A stretch of DNA of 64,000 nucleotides from Octopus sinensis (lineage: Eukaryota), in assembly GCF_006345805.1 (NCBI RefSeq), contig NC_043003.1, positions 108,934,001-108,998,000 of the forward strand, in the 5' to 3' direction. The notes under the pieces are model-generated. The model ran no database searches. It had not been told where the DNA came from and was given only the letters and a program-made list of their open reading frames with translations. The position numbers and the translations under genes were made by a program. This document shows, piece by piece, positions 27,120-40,845 of this stretch. The first letter of the stretch is position 1; each line of letters begins with the position of its first letter.

Positions 27120-28552
27120 CCAGGTTCTGAAACTCGGAGTACTGTGAAGATGTGGTGCTATATTCGCCGGAAATCGAGTCCGCGGACGCGTTCTAATTCG
27201 ACTAAAAAAATATTGACAAATTAAAATTTTAGGACAATATGATAAACGTTGTTACAATCTTCCCATCTCCTTTCACTTTATCTCAGTTAAGAAATCAAAG
27301 AGTAAACCGTTTGTAACTAGAAAAAAAGACCCTGTCCTACAATGAAACCAGAATCGAAGAACGTTGCCTTCGTATAAACCAAGCATGGGCAACCTTTTTT
27401 GAAAAACAGACCGCATGAGATGTTGGCTGTTAGGTGAGCCATTCAGAAAGTCCTGGACAGTATCTATGACTCTAAGATTAATTTATGGAAAGAATAACGA
27501 AAGTCAGTACTCAAAGAAATATAATTCTAAATTATACTCTCTCTCTCTCTCTCTCTCAGCAATGAGCATATACCTATCTACCGATAGCTATTTATAGGCC
27601 AGGTGCATAAGGTCAGTAATAATTTTGACTATCTTGGTCACAAACACAGCACAATGCTAATGACAGGATACAAATATACAACGATCTTCACCGATAAACC
27701 GTCATTTTATTGCCTAGCCAGCTACCGCTTTTTCAAAGATCGATATATTATAATTATTTATCATCAGGTGAGTTTACGAAAACGGTCATTTACATGATTG
27801 AATACACACTGCTAGAGCTTCGCTGCCTCGCGGCAACTAACGGTAAGACTTGCTAGACACCCGTAAGATTATCTACATCCATCCTCTTTTCCAATAACTT
27901 TGGCAAGCCTTTTGAATCCAATATCTCTAACAACCTATAGATATATGTTTATAAAATTGAATTAAATTAAAAATAAAATCACAGCGCAGCCTCCATGACT
28001 TTCGGGAACATTTATTTCTACAATCAGAATTGTCGAGCATGTTAAAAAAACCATACACAGCATCGTTCAAAACTTCGAAGCTTCCCGAAATTCGCCATTG
28101 CTGCTCCTGACCTGACTAATGCACTTTTTCCTCTTTGTGGCTCTTTAACTTATTCACTTTCCTCTTCTTCTGTCCTGTCTACTATTTGCATTCACTTTTA
28201 GCAAAATCATTACTGTCTGTCTTTATTTGACTTATTACTGCTTTCTGTCCCCTCTTTACTCTTTTCCGACGAGTGGTAATCTTCCCGAACCCTGTAAACA
28301 ATAAGATCGTTGTGGTTTTTTAAATGTCACTCACAGAACCAAATAAAAAAAAAAAAGATTATTTATCATCCTTCCGAGCTCGAATAAAATAAGTGTAAAT
28401 GAAGTCCTAAAGGTCTCTTTAATCAACTCCGCCCTTCCACCAAACAGTTGTAGTCTCGTACTTGGAGGTCTTTAAGAGCCACTTAAAACGGAAAGTAGGC
28501 GTGGAAACGGAACTACAGCTCGCTAATAAATTTAATTGAAGTTCCTTTCTTC

Positions 28553-29135
28553 AAGGCGGTGAGCTGGCAGAAAGGTTAGCACGCAGGGCGAAATGCTTAG
28601 CAGTATTTCGTCTGCCGTTACGTTCTGAGTTTAAATTCCGCCAAGGTCGACTTTGCCTTTTATTCTTTTGGGGTCGATAAATTAAGTACCAGTTACGCAC
28701 TGAGGTCGATGTAATCGACTTAATCCCTTTGTCTGTTCTTGTTTGTCCCCTCTATGTTTAGCCCCTTGAGAGCAATAAAGAAATAAGAAACGTTAGCACG
28801 CCGGGCGAAATGCTTAGCGGTATGTTGTCTGTCCTTACGTTCTGAGTTCAAATTCCTTTCATCCTTTCGGGGTCGATAAATTAAGTACCAGTTGCATACT
28901 AGGGTCAATATAATCGACTTAATCCGTCTGTCTGTCCTTGTTTGTCTCCTCTGTGTTTAGACCCTTGTGGGTAGTAAAGAAATAGGTATTTTGTCTGTCT
29001 TTACGTTCTGAGTTCAAATTCCTTTCATCCTTTCGGGGTCGATAAATTAAGTACCAGTTGCATACTAGGTCGATCCAATTGACTGCCACTCCCCTCCAAA
29101 AATTTCGGGTCTTGTGCCTATATTAGAAAAGAATA
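28553..29135 (+). mobile_element. Head-to-tail trimer of SINE family B
   Basis: Three successive bodies. Units 2 and 3 share a deletion (CAAATTC joined directly to CTTTCATCC). Confidence 0.85.
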
Positions 29136-29399
29136 TAGTTTCTTTCTTTGTTGATTTCAGTGATTAGAGTGCGGCCATGCTGTAGTATCACGTTCAAAGT
29201 TATGATAAATCATATGCTTTCTTCGCCACTGTCTCATTGGTACTTATTTAATGGATCTCGGAGCGATGGAAGGCAAAGTGGACTGGAGCGGGTCACGAAC
29301 TCGGAAAGGAACCATAACGGAAATACCACGTGATATATTGTTCGATGAAGGTGGTGAATAGGTGGAACCGTTGCACTTCAGGTTCAAATACCGTTGAGG

Positions 29400-29816
29400 G
29401 AGTGCTGGATTAACCATTAAGCAAAATAAGCACGTGCTTAGGGCATCAAAGGAAGAGGAGGGCACCACAGAAATGGGAAATGGTTTACGGCACAAAAGAA
29501 ATCACTTTAAACTTGCAAAATTAATATGCAAAGTGGTTTATATGAACGGATATGTAATTTCGAAGTGTTCATTGTGTCATACACAGTGAGGGTTTGATCA
29601 AAGACTTTGGCAATTTAAAAATGTAGGAAAAAAGCTTTTCAAATATAAATAAATAAGAAATATCCAAAATACAAAAATAAACTTTATTTTCCGTTTCATT
29701 TAATTTAGAAAATTTATTTTATAGTTTATTAGCACTTCTATTATGAATTACATATATATGGGGGCACCAAAATCTTTCAAGTGCTTAGGGTCTCCATGGG
29801 TTTTAATCCAGCCCTG
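29400..29816. mobile_element. hAT-like MITE inserted in a decayed SINE
   Basis: Ends GAGTGCTGGATTAA and TTAATCCAGCCCTG; TSD CGTTGAGG/CGCTGAGG (7/8). The flanks rejoin into the family B motif GTTCAAAT..CCG.TGAGGTTGACTT. Confidence 0.7.
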
Positions 29817-30801
29817 CGCTGAGGTTGACTTGGTTCTTCATCCTTATTAGAATCAATAAATAAGGGTCGAGTATTGATATTTGTCTGTCCTTGTTATCTC
29901 TTTCTGTCCCCTTCTCTCTCTTTTTCTCTCTCCAGGTATGTAACGTAGTGTAAAGGGTCATGCGAGAACGATTGACACCAGAAATTGAGAAGGTCTGAAT
30001 GAAAAGTTACCAAACTCTTATAGAAAATCTGGGTCTGCCAAGGGGTCTCCGAGAGAAATTTTGTAAAGGAGAACGAGGTTCCTTTCTTCCTTCATCTCTA
30101 CCACATCAGAAATTCAAAGGGCCCTTCCTTGTATCTCTCGGTTCCGATCGGGTTCCGTGACTGTTTATTGTTTGAACCTTTCTGTCGTAAGGTGTTATGG
30201 GTGCTCCATATGCTCCAGCACCGGGGTACAAAACATCCACGAACCTATGAATAATACAATTTCATCACATTAAGGTAGAGATGCGGGAATGGAAAGCAAC
30301 ATTTTCGGCGGACGACCAGAAACCATGAACACCTAAAGATGGCAGATGTCAGCTCTGCTGTACAGAAACGCTGCTGCTGATAATGATGATGATGATGATG
30401 ATGATGATGATGCAGGAAGAAGGAAGATAAAGAGGATGAAGAGAAGGAGAGGGGGAAGAGGAGGAAGAGGGGAAGCAGGAGTGGAAGTAAAAGAAGTAGA
30501 GAAACAGAGAGAGAGCAAAAAGAGAAATGTAGAGAGGATATAAGGAGAGGCGCTAATTTTTCTAACGATGTGGTTGTGTTTGTATGATACTAGATTCCAA
30601 GATGAGGAAAAGGGTTTCACGTGCAACATCCGAATGCGTGTTTGCTCCAATGTTTTATAATCAGAGAATATAAAATAAAACTGCTCCGTGAAGAGCATCA
30701 TCATCATCATCATCACCATTAACAACGATAACAGCAGCATCAATAGCAACCATATTTTTACATAATTCGCTGATTAGCCTAAAGCAAAGAGAAAAACAGA
30801 T

Positions 30802-30838
<37 letters not shown>

Positions 30839-31030
30839 GTATATTATGTGAATATATGCGTGTATGCATATAGAGAGAGAGAGAGGGAGAGAGAGAAGAG
30901 AAGGAGAGAGAGAAGAAGAGATTTATATATGCACATGTGTCGATACATACATACATGCATACCTACCTACCTACCTACATACATACATATAATATATATA
31001 ATATAATATAATATATATATATATATACAG

Positions 31031-31061
<31 letters not shown>

Positions 31062-31356
31062 GATAGAGAGATAGAGAGATAAGTAGATAGATAGATATAG
31101 ATAGATAGATAGACCATACAAAATTGAACTGTTTCGGCTGCTTGACAATCAATCTATAAATAGATCAAATTGCTATTTCTATAAACTTCCCCGTCGCCGC
31201 CACGACCACCACCACCGCATATAGAATATCTTAAAAAGATCTACGGCGACTTAGCTTTCAAATTTTTAAATTGGCGATTTAACGATTTTTCGGAAACTAT
31301 ATAAACCCATCCATTATTATCATATTTACCGCAAAAAGAAACGTTAGAAGCGAAAC

Positions 31357-31391
<35 letters not shown>

Positions 31392-31622
31392 TACTGAATA
31401 ATAATAATAATTTACATTTCTTTTGGGGACGAGGTAATGAAGGGGTGTATTTTCTTTGCATTGCTATTTTTAACTGTTATATATATATATATATTATATA
31501 TATATATACACATACATACACAGACACACATATATAGATATACATATATATATGTTGCAATTTCAGTAAAAGATTATGAATGTACAATTATGTATGTATG
31601 TGCGCGTGCACACACACATTAG

Positions 31623-31660
<38 letters not shown>

Positions 31661-32133
31661 CTAAAGACAATAAGCACTTTTAAAAATGCATGTAGCGATC
31701 TAAATTGTGTATTTCAACAAATAATTGATTAACCACGCTGATTCAGTTTGAGTTCAGTTAAAACTCTGCAACCGAAAAAGATTCTTCTTTTACCTGCCGC
31801 AAGTTCTCAACACCGAAACAGCGGAAACGCACACACACACAAAGCATAAGGCGGTCTCTTGGAATTTAATTGCATTAATTTCTCGAAATATCTGAAGCAC
31901 GAAAGAAATATTTTGTTTTATTATTATGAAAACAACAACCGCCGCCACCACCACCACCACCACCACCACCACCGCCGCCACCACCATCATCACCATAGGC
32001 GGCGAACTGGCAGAATCGTTAGCACATCAGGCAAAATGCGTAGCGCCATTTCGTCCATCAATACGTTCTGCGTTCAAATTCCGCCGAGGTCATCTTTACT
32101 TTTCATCCTCTCGACGTTGATAAAACAAGAACC

Positions 32134-32542
32134 GGATCTCTTCGGTTTGAATGGCAGTTTTTTCTAGCGGTTTCATATGAAATTGTCACCCATAATTATG
32201 ACCCTAGTATCGATCTATTGCATTTCAATCTGTTTTAGGGTTAGGGTTAGGGGTGGGGGAAGGGTATCTTTTTTTCTTCAGAAATGTAAATAAACCCAAT
32301 CTGTTTCTTAAACGAGGGACATATTCATACGGCACAGAATGTTTTCATCTCAATAGACGTCATTGATTGGTTGAAATTGCAGAAATCGAAGAAAAACAAC
32401 AACAAATATCTTACAAACCATAGAATTTTCTCAATAAAGCCAGGAGAAAAAGATGTTTTATAAACACATTCTACCAGTATACGAAGTTTAAAATTTTTTA
32501 GTTACCTAGAAATTATGTTAAAAGTTTAAACCAGAAAGATCC
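32134..32542 (+). mobile_element. Merlin-like MITE inserted in a SINE family B copy
   Basis: TIRs as at 5298, right one decayed; perfect TSD CAAGAACC (32126-32133 and 32543-32550). Confidence 0.85.
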
Positions 32543-34080
32543 CAAGAACCAGTTAATAGTCGGCTTACCTATTCCCCTGAAATTGCTGGTCTTGTACCAA
32601 AATTCGAAAACATTATAATAATTATTATGGTGTCGAGCTAGCAGAATCCTTAGGATGTTGGATAAAAGGCTTAGCGGATTGCCTTCCAGCTCTTTACATC
32701 CTGAGCTCAAATCTCGCCGAGGTCGACTTAACCTTTTATATTTTTGGGGTCGATAAAATTAGTACCAGATGAGATCGATGTAATCGACTTGCCCTCCCCT
32801 AAAAATTGTTGATCTTGTGTCAAAGTTAGAAACGATCAAAATTATTTCCTTCAAATTTCGATACAAGACCAGCAATTTTGGTGGGTGGGGATTAAGTACT
32901 TATTTTATGGATCTGGAAAGGATGAAAGGCAAAGACGACCTCGGCGGAATTTGAACTCAGAACGTAGCGGCAGACAAAATACCAGCTCATCGCCTTAGAA
33001 ACGATCATAAATGTTTTTAAGGCGTTCAGCTGGCAAAATCGTTCGCACGTCAGACAAAATACCAAGCGGCATTTCTTCTGGCTCTTTATATTTCTAAGCT
33101 CAAATCTGGCCGAGGTCAACTCTATCTTTCATTCTTGATGGGTGAATGTAGCAAGGATGGCACATATGAATGACGAAGCCACCTTGAGCATAATCCTATG
33201 AACCCGGAAAAATTTAAAACAGAGGGTTACCTACTTGCAAACAAATGTGGTAACATGTAACATTATTGACCGAGGTTACCGTGGTCTTTTCTGTAGGCTT
33301 TTCTTTCCACGGATAAACCTTATCTGCTTCCCCCTTTATACTTTAATTCATGACATTTCTGTGATACACGATCCCTATTGATCGTTTTTTTCTTTCCTTT
33401 TTTTTTTCTTTATCTTTTACGATCCCTTTTGATCGAAAACCTACCCAACTTTTTTTTTCTCTCCCCCCAAAAGAAAAGCGCTGCTTTGTAATATGTCCCG
33501 TCTGTGTGCAGCTCTGTGTGGCTAATAAAGAAACATATCTTTCATTCTTTCCGGGTTGATAAAATAAATACCAGTCGACTTCAGTCGATGTAATCGACTA
33601 ATTCCTTCCTGTAAAATTGCTAATCTGTGCCAAAATTTGAAACCATTTGAATGTTATAAAATAATGAAGTTGCTTTTATCTTTGTAATGTTCTCTGCGTT
33701 CGTCGCCCTTGAGGCAAATAAAGGAAATCATTATTAGAAACTCAGCTGTTTCCATATTGGTTAGCATCAGAGGGCACGGCTTTGGATCGGTTCTGACCTC
33801 CAGACGAGTAGTAACTGGGACAAAGTCGTGATCTTAGTGGCCAGTCTCACCTAGAAATGAGCTGAGAAAAAGCTACATTTGAAACGTCAGGCATTGGTAA
33901 CAAATGCGTGCATCGTCCCCGTGTCTTGCTCCAGTTTTCATCTCCCTGTGGAAGATATGAGTTCCAGTGGACCTTCTTTACTGAAGGCACGAGATGTCGC
34001 GGCTAATGAGGCGCAGACATTCACTGGGGCTGCGACATCGTCATAGATTCCTTGACTGTGAGCAAGTATAGTCGTCGTTT

Positions 34081-34496
34081 GGATCTTTTCCGTTTGAACG
34101 GCAGTTTTTCTAGAGGTGTCATATGAAATTGTCACCCATAATTATGACCCTAGTATCGATTTATTGCATTTCAATCTGTTTTAGGGTTAGGTTTAGGGGT
34201 GGGGGAAGGGTATCTTTTTTTCTTCAGAAATGTAAATAAACCCAATCTGTTTCTTAAACGAGGGACATATTCATACGGCACATAATTTTTTTCGCCTCAA
34301 TAGACGTCATTGATTGGTTGAAATTGCAGAAATTGAAGAAAAAACAACAACAAATATCTTACAAACAATAGAATTTTCTCAATAAAGCCAAGAGAAAAAG
34401 ATGTTTTATAAACACATTCTACCAGTATGCGAAGTTTAACAGTGTTTAGTTACGTGGAAATTATTTTAAAAACTGCAGTTCAAACCGAAAAGATCC
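34081..34496 (+). mobile_element. Merlin-like MITE
   Basis: Both TIRs present; perfect TSD CGTCGTTT (34073-34080 and 34497-34504). Confidence 0.9.
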
Positions 34497-36822
34497 CGTC
34501 GTTTAATTATCGTATAGTTCGTCCCTCTAACTAGCTGTAGTCTTCGATCAAGCGTAGACCAAGACAGGGCGATCACGCAAGCAATAAACATGAATTTTAT
34601 GAAACCTTAGGTTTTTTTTTTTAAATATGCGGTACCTTTGCGACATACCATTTAATCACAGCACACTGCTTAACATCTACTAACGTAAAAAGGTTCTGTT
34701 GGCTTGTACTACAATGGGTGAAAGTCTCTAGGAAAGCTATACCTTTTAACTTTATGCTTCAGTCATTTGACTATGGCCATGCTGGGGCACGGCCATGACG
34801 TATTTTTTGAAGCTTAGTACTTATTCTTTTGATATCTATTGCCGAATCGCTAAGTTGCAAGGACGTAAACATAACAACACCGGATGTGTGTGATTTATGG
34901 AAGATCTGGATCGCTAATTTTGGCAAACCAAAAGACCACGTAAAAACCAGGAGTAGAAAGCCAGCTCGTCTGCATTCAAACTTTAAAAAACTTCCAGCGA
35001 ACAAAGTCTTGAAAAAGCCAAATGAGAAAGGGAAAAAAAAAAACGTTTTTAGCCTTAAAACTAAAAAGTTAACTGTTTAATATAGGGCTGCATGTCTATG
35101 AATTTGTGAAATTAAAAAATTATTATTTTCTCATCATATTTCCACTCCCAACAGTATCTTTCTTATGCACTCGTAATTCGCCTCCGCCCACCTGCCATCA
35201 GCTGCAGAGTCGATAAAATCATTTTCTCCGTCGATTAAATTGACTAAATCCTTCATACACACACACACACGGACACACACACACAATCAACAAAGCTTTG
35301 CGTTAGAAATATCTCATCGGAAAATGCTTAAAACAACATAACGTTGGCTGGCTAAAAGTACTTGATTGCATTTACAGTAAAGTTTTTTTGTTTTTTTTTT
35401 ACTCCAAGTCCATTATAATTCTATTCACATTTTAAGTTGCTATACAGAGACGGATATTTATTTTATTCTATTAGCCAGAAGGAAAGGCCGACCCTATGAA
35501 CTATTAAAGAACCTCAGAGACAAGTGGGAAGGAGGCAGAGGAAGGAATTCTGAAACCGGAAACCGAGCTTCAATGCTTGCAACAGAATGGACTCTGCTAA
35601 TGACTCCCAAGGTATTTGGTGTTGGTCTTAAATCAGACGACGGTTCAATTATCACCGACCTTGCAGAATGTGGCGGGATTTGAACAGGGGTCGCAAAGAG
35701 CTGAAACAAACACCACATTGTGTCTTGTCTGACCTTCTTACAACAGTTAAATGTGAGAAAAGCAATAAATTCGCACAACTACTGAGCTGCAATGAAAAAT
35801 GCTAAATGGAGCAGAGGCGTTGTTCCTGTCGATTCACGTTCCATAAAATGATTGTTTGTGACATAGATTGTTTACAGGGAAGTATCAAACATAACTTCAG
35901 GTCAGTTTACTGGGATCTTTTCGCTTAGACCGGCCAAAGCGAAAAGATCCGACTTTGAAACTGTAAGAACTGTGGTTGGTAGTTTTGCGATCTGTGTGCT
36001 CTAGCATGGTCGCAGTCAAACGACTGAAAGACGCAAAAGATAAGGGAAGAAAATGGATTTCGCATTTCGTATCTTTTCGATGTCTTTTTTTATCAATAAA
36101 ACAAACAACTATTATTAGAAACTGTTTAGCAATGACGACGACGAACAAGATAACCAGCGGAAGTGTATCTTTGAAACTGGAATTGAAGCAGTGAACAGGA
36201 AGCGGCTTTCATTCAAGAGAGCAAGCAGTGCTGAAAGGGTCATGTGCCATGGAACATGAGTCCATCAAAAATTCTATTTAGTCTTCGTGTAGCCAAAATG
36301 TCAATGCACATATAACCTATCTTTCAGAAACTCGGCGAAACAATGAACTGATAAGATGAGACTATAGCAATCATGTAATTAGTTAAGTTCACAGCCCTTA
36401 GGAGGGTGCGTACGTGTAAGTATGTGTAATGCACACACACCACACACACCACACACACACACACCTTTATATGTTTTCGTAAGAGTATGTGTGTGTGTGT
36501 GTCTACACAAGCACATTACAGAAAAGATAAGCTGGGGGGGGGGGCAACAGACAGAAGTGAGTGAGAGAGGGAAGAAGGGCGATAGATTTCCGAAAGGGTA
36601 GAGGAAGGAGGGCTGATGAATAAGGATATCTAGGGTGGCTGACAATGGGTGGGTAGATGGGTATGAGGGGGCCAAGCCATGGCTGGAAGTACAGATACGT
36701 TTCACAGCAGAAGAAAGGTTGATGAAGATTTAAATCATCATCATCAATATATATATATATTGATAAAAATGGTAAGACAACAAAAGAATGAAAGAGACCA
36801 GGAATTTATCTGTAAATATAAC

Positions 36823-37212
36823 ATGTGACAATTATTTGGTAGCCATGATAAAACTCAGAGTTTCAGATGCTGAGGTGGGAATCCACACTGCCATCTCTTC
36901 AGTTATCCGGCCATCGTAAAAAATCGCCAGACATTGGTTGAGGACTCTGCCCTGCAGAAGAATTCAATATGGATGCCTACTACATCGATTATTCTATGAA
37001 AAACATACCTATACCATCAAGGGAACTATACTCTCAGAAACTGTTGGAGAAAATTACAGACCTGATTAAGCGCATGAGATGGAAAGCTTTCTTTTACAAC
37101 ATGGAAGGCATTTTTTCCGATGGCCGAATAACTGAAGAGATGGAAGCGTGGATTTCCATCTCGGCATCCGAAACTCGGAGTTTTATCATGGCTACCGAAT
37201 AATCGTCACATA
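36823..37212 (+). mobile_element. Penelope-like element fragment: ORF N-terminus between inverted pseudo-LTR arms
   Basis: ORF from 36969 reads YSMKNIPIPSRELYSQKLLEKITDLIKRMRWKAFF, resembling from memory the N-terminal region of invertebrate Penelope-like RT ORFs. ~105-bp inverted arms at 36823-36928 and 37107-37212, ~88% identical. Confidence 0.7.
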
Positions 37213-37246
37213 TTACAATTACAGATATATATATATATATATAGTA

Positions 37247-37309
37247 GCACCTTGGTTTTCGAACACCTCTGAATGATTAGAGGTGTTCGAGAACTGAAGT
37301 ACTACCTTA
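37247..37309. repeat. Small palindrome, likely a collapsed TIR element in (TA)n
   Basis: TAGCACCTTGGTTTTCGAACACCTCT ... AGAGGTGTTCGAGAACTGAAGTACTA. Confidence 0.55.
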
Positions 37310-39033
37310 TATATATATTTTCAGGATTAAATAAAAAGGCAACAGAAAATATGATATACCCGTATGTGTGTAAGTGTATATATATATATATACTACCAAT
37401 ACTATAATGGAAAAAAGCTGCTTATTAATTAGGTATTTAACAATTACTAAAAGTATTAAAAGAAAGCATTTATTAAAGGGTTGACCGTCTGGAAATATTT
37501 TTATAAATTCATGTTCTAAGAAATTTCCTATAATTTCAATTTCTGAAGTTTATTGAATTTTTTAAACTCCAATTTCTCATAAATTTAAATATTCACTCTG
37601 TCCAATTCATCACAGATTTAAATATTCATTGCATTCACTGTGGTGTATTCCATTTTCATTTGCAAAGTCTCTCACTTTCTCTTTTAAGTTTTAATTTGCT
37701 ATAAATGTATACGTAAAGTAAAAACTATTTATTGAATGAAAATACCCGTATAATTTTTGAATGCGGGATAGCGGTGAGCAAAGCCTAGAAAGAAGTTGGG
37801 TAATTATTATTAGAAGACAAGGAGAAAAAGAAAAAAAGAAAAAATTTACCCACGAGTACTCAAAACTTGCACCTTATTCACAGTTTCTAAACACTTCAGC
37901 AGTGACACATACATACACACACACACACACACCGGGATTGGTTGTCAAGTGATTGTGTGTGTGTGGTAGGACAAACAGATACAAAACCACCCACACACAG
38001 ATATATATATACGACAGGCTTCTTTCAGTTTCTCTCTACCAAATTCACTTACAAGGCTTTGGTTGGCACAAAGCTATAGTAGAAGACACTTGCCTAAGGT
38101 GCCCCACAGTGAGACTGAACCCAGAACCATGTGGTTGGTAAGCAAGCTACTTACCACACAGCCACTCCTGAGCCTATAGCTTACTTACCACATTCCAGTT
38201 GTTCATGAGTCAGAAAAAAAGAAACATTCTAAAAGAAATTTTGAGCTGTGTTGGTTTGCTTAGATCTCTGTAAACTGGTGGTCCTTAAAAGGGGACCAAT
38301 AAATAAGTACCAGCCTTAAAATATTAAAACTGGGAGTCAATTTGATTGACTTAAAGCCCTTCAGGTCTATGGTCTAGGTCACTCCTCAGCCCAATGGCTG
38401 AGATGTTAATAATGTGCACAGACAAAACAGACAGGCAAAGAGAGAGAGAGAGAGACAGACAGACAGAGAGATGGATGGATAGATAGATAGATAGATAGAT
38501 AGATAGACAGACAGATAGGCATACATACATGCATGCATACATACATAAATACATGCATACATGCATGTATACATACATAGAGATAGACGAGGATAGACAG
38601 ACCGGCAGACTGACAGATAGACTGATAGATGGCTAGACAGATAGATAGAGACAGACAGATAGGCATACATACATATGTACATGCATGCATGCATACATAA
38701 ATACATACATACATGTATACATACATAGAAATAGACAGACAGATAGACTGATAGATAGGTCTAAGGTGTCTGACAGTGAAAGTAAATATGGGTAGAATGG
38801 AGATGATGAGGCCAACGAGCAAAGGCTGGGAAATAAAGATGAGTTTCACAGGAAAAGATACACTTATTTGGAAATGTCAGGGTGCAGACTCCACTTATCA
38901 AGGGAACACTAGAAGAAAAAAAATGACAAAGGCAAGGACACATACAAGAATGAATGAATGAATGAATGAATGGGCCAAAAAAAAAAAGGCAAAAAAAAGG
39001 GGCCAGGATCATTTATAATATGATTACAGACAT

Positions 39034-39083
<50 letters not shown>

Positions 39084-39479
39084 TGCGTGCACACGCGAAT
39101 GATGCTACATATCGCAGAAGCGGAAATGTCAGCCAAGTCTAATTGCTAAAGGCATTTAGAGTTTTTATTGTTGCTGTTGTTGTTGTTAATGTACAGAAGC
39201 TAGTTTCGACCTTCAACCTTGGCAAACAAATAATTGTAATACCTTCTTCCTTTCTGAGAGAAAGGAGAAAAAAAACGGGAGGCAAAATAAATAAATAAAT
39301 AAAAAGTGTCATGGAAAATATTTTTTATTTATTTGTTTATGTATTTACAACGAGATATCAAGATATTTGTGTTTCTTCATGATTAGGTGCCATTTTGGAC
39401 AAGAGCTTTCTACAATAGCACTAGGCTAACCAAATGCCTTGGGGGTGGATTTGGTAGAGAGAAACTAAAAGGAACCTGT

Positions 39480-39518
<39 letters not shown>

Positions 39519-40429
39519 CCATCATCATTATGCTTCTTACATGTATGCATTTATATATATGCACTTTTACATGTACATATGTGTGTGTGTGTGTGTGAGA
39601 GCGGGCAGCCCAAGGCTATAGTAGAAAACACTTGCCCAAGATGCCACACAGTGGGAATGAACCTGGAACCATGTGGTTGGTAAGCAAGCTACTTACCACA
39701 CAGCCACTCCTACTGTTTTATCATACCAACACCACCCCCTTTTTTTATGTATGTATTACCATCTATCGCTGCCCCCTCCATGACCCCCTCCTATTTTCCT
39801 CACATTCCTTCTAATTTAGACTCACCATTGCCCCTGCGTCCATTCTTATCCAACATTTACAGCCTTCACTTCTGTTACCACCTCTGCAGCCTGTCGCTTG
39901 GCTTTCGCAAATCTCAAGAACCTACTTAATCATCCATTCACCCTTGATTCTTGTACCTTGAGAATATGCCCTGATACCTCATCTCCACCATCCTTTCTTC
40001 CTTTTCGGCTGGGGTAGCCATGCATCTTCTCTACAGCAAGGCACATGTTCTCGTCCTTCTTTTCTACTTCAGCCTCTTGACATCAGGCACGAAATCACAA
40101 ACCTCAATAATGCAACTCTACTGTGTCAAAAGGGTTTTGTTTTGTGAGTAACATGGTGACCTTACTAGTGCTGGTGCCATGAAAAAGGCAACTAGTACAT
40201 CTGTAAATTGCTAGCAACTAGGAAGAGCATCCTGCCATAGAAACCTTGCCAAAGTAGACATTGGAGACCAACTTCAGGCTAGTTGGACTCTATGGAACTG
40301 ACCAGCCCATGCCAGCATGAAATATGACCATTAAATGATGAGAATGATATCTATATAAATATAAAAATGTATAAAAAATATATGAATATATACATACAAA
40401 TATATATATATATATATATATATAGGCTA

Positions 40430-40845
40430 TAGGTACAAGCAGGGCTTTGTGGTAAGAAGCTTGCTTCCCAACCACATGGTTCTGGGTTCAGTACCATTAC
40501 ATGACACCTTGGATAAGTGTCTCTTACTACAACCCCGGGCCAACCAAAGCCTTGTGAGTGGATTTGATAGACAGAAACTGAAAGAAGCCCATCATATATA
40601 TTATATATATATATTTACATATATATTTGTGTGTGCATGTCTTTGTTTGTCACCCCAACCATCGCTTGACAACCGATGTAGGTGTGTTTATGTCCCTGTA
40701 ACTTAGCGGTTTGGCAAAAAGAGGCCTATAGATTAAGTACTAGGCTTACAAAGAATAAGTCCTGGGGTCGATTTCTATGACTAAAACCCTCTAAGGCTGT
40801 GCTCCAGCATGGCTGCAGCCAAATGACTGAATCTAGTAAAAGAAT
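40430..40845 (+). mobile_element. SINE family A, near full length
   Basis: Head, internal microsatellite and tail all present. Confidence 0.85.

Noticed and set aside
27129-27180. GAAACTCGGAGTA matching the hammerhead stem III
   Set aside because: Upstream core absent because the sequence starts in (TA)n; too degenerate to call.
37390-37790. Helitron-like element (CCCG..CGGG hairpin then CTAG)
   Set aside because: Only a weak 4-bp hairpin and CTAG; 5' end not identifiable and no second copy in the window.
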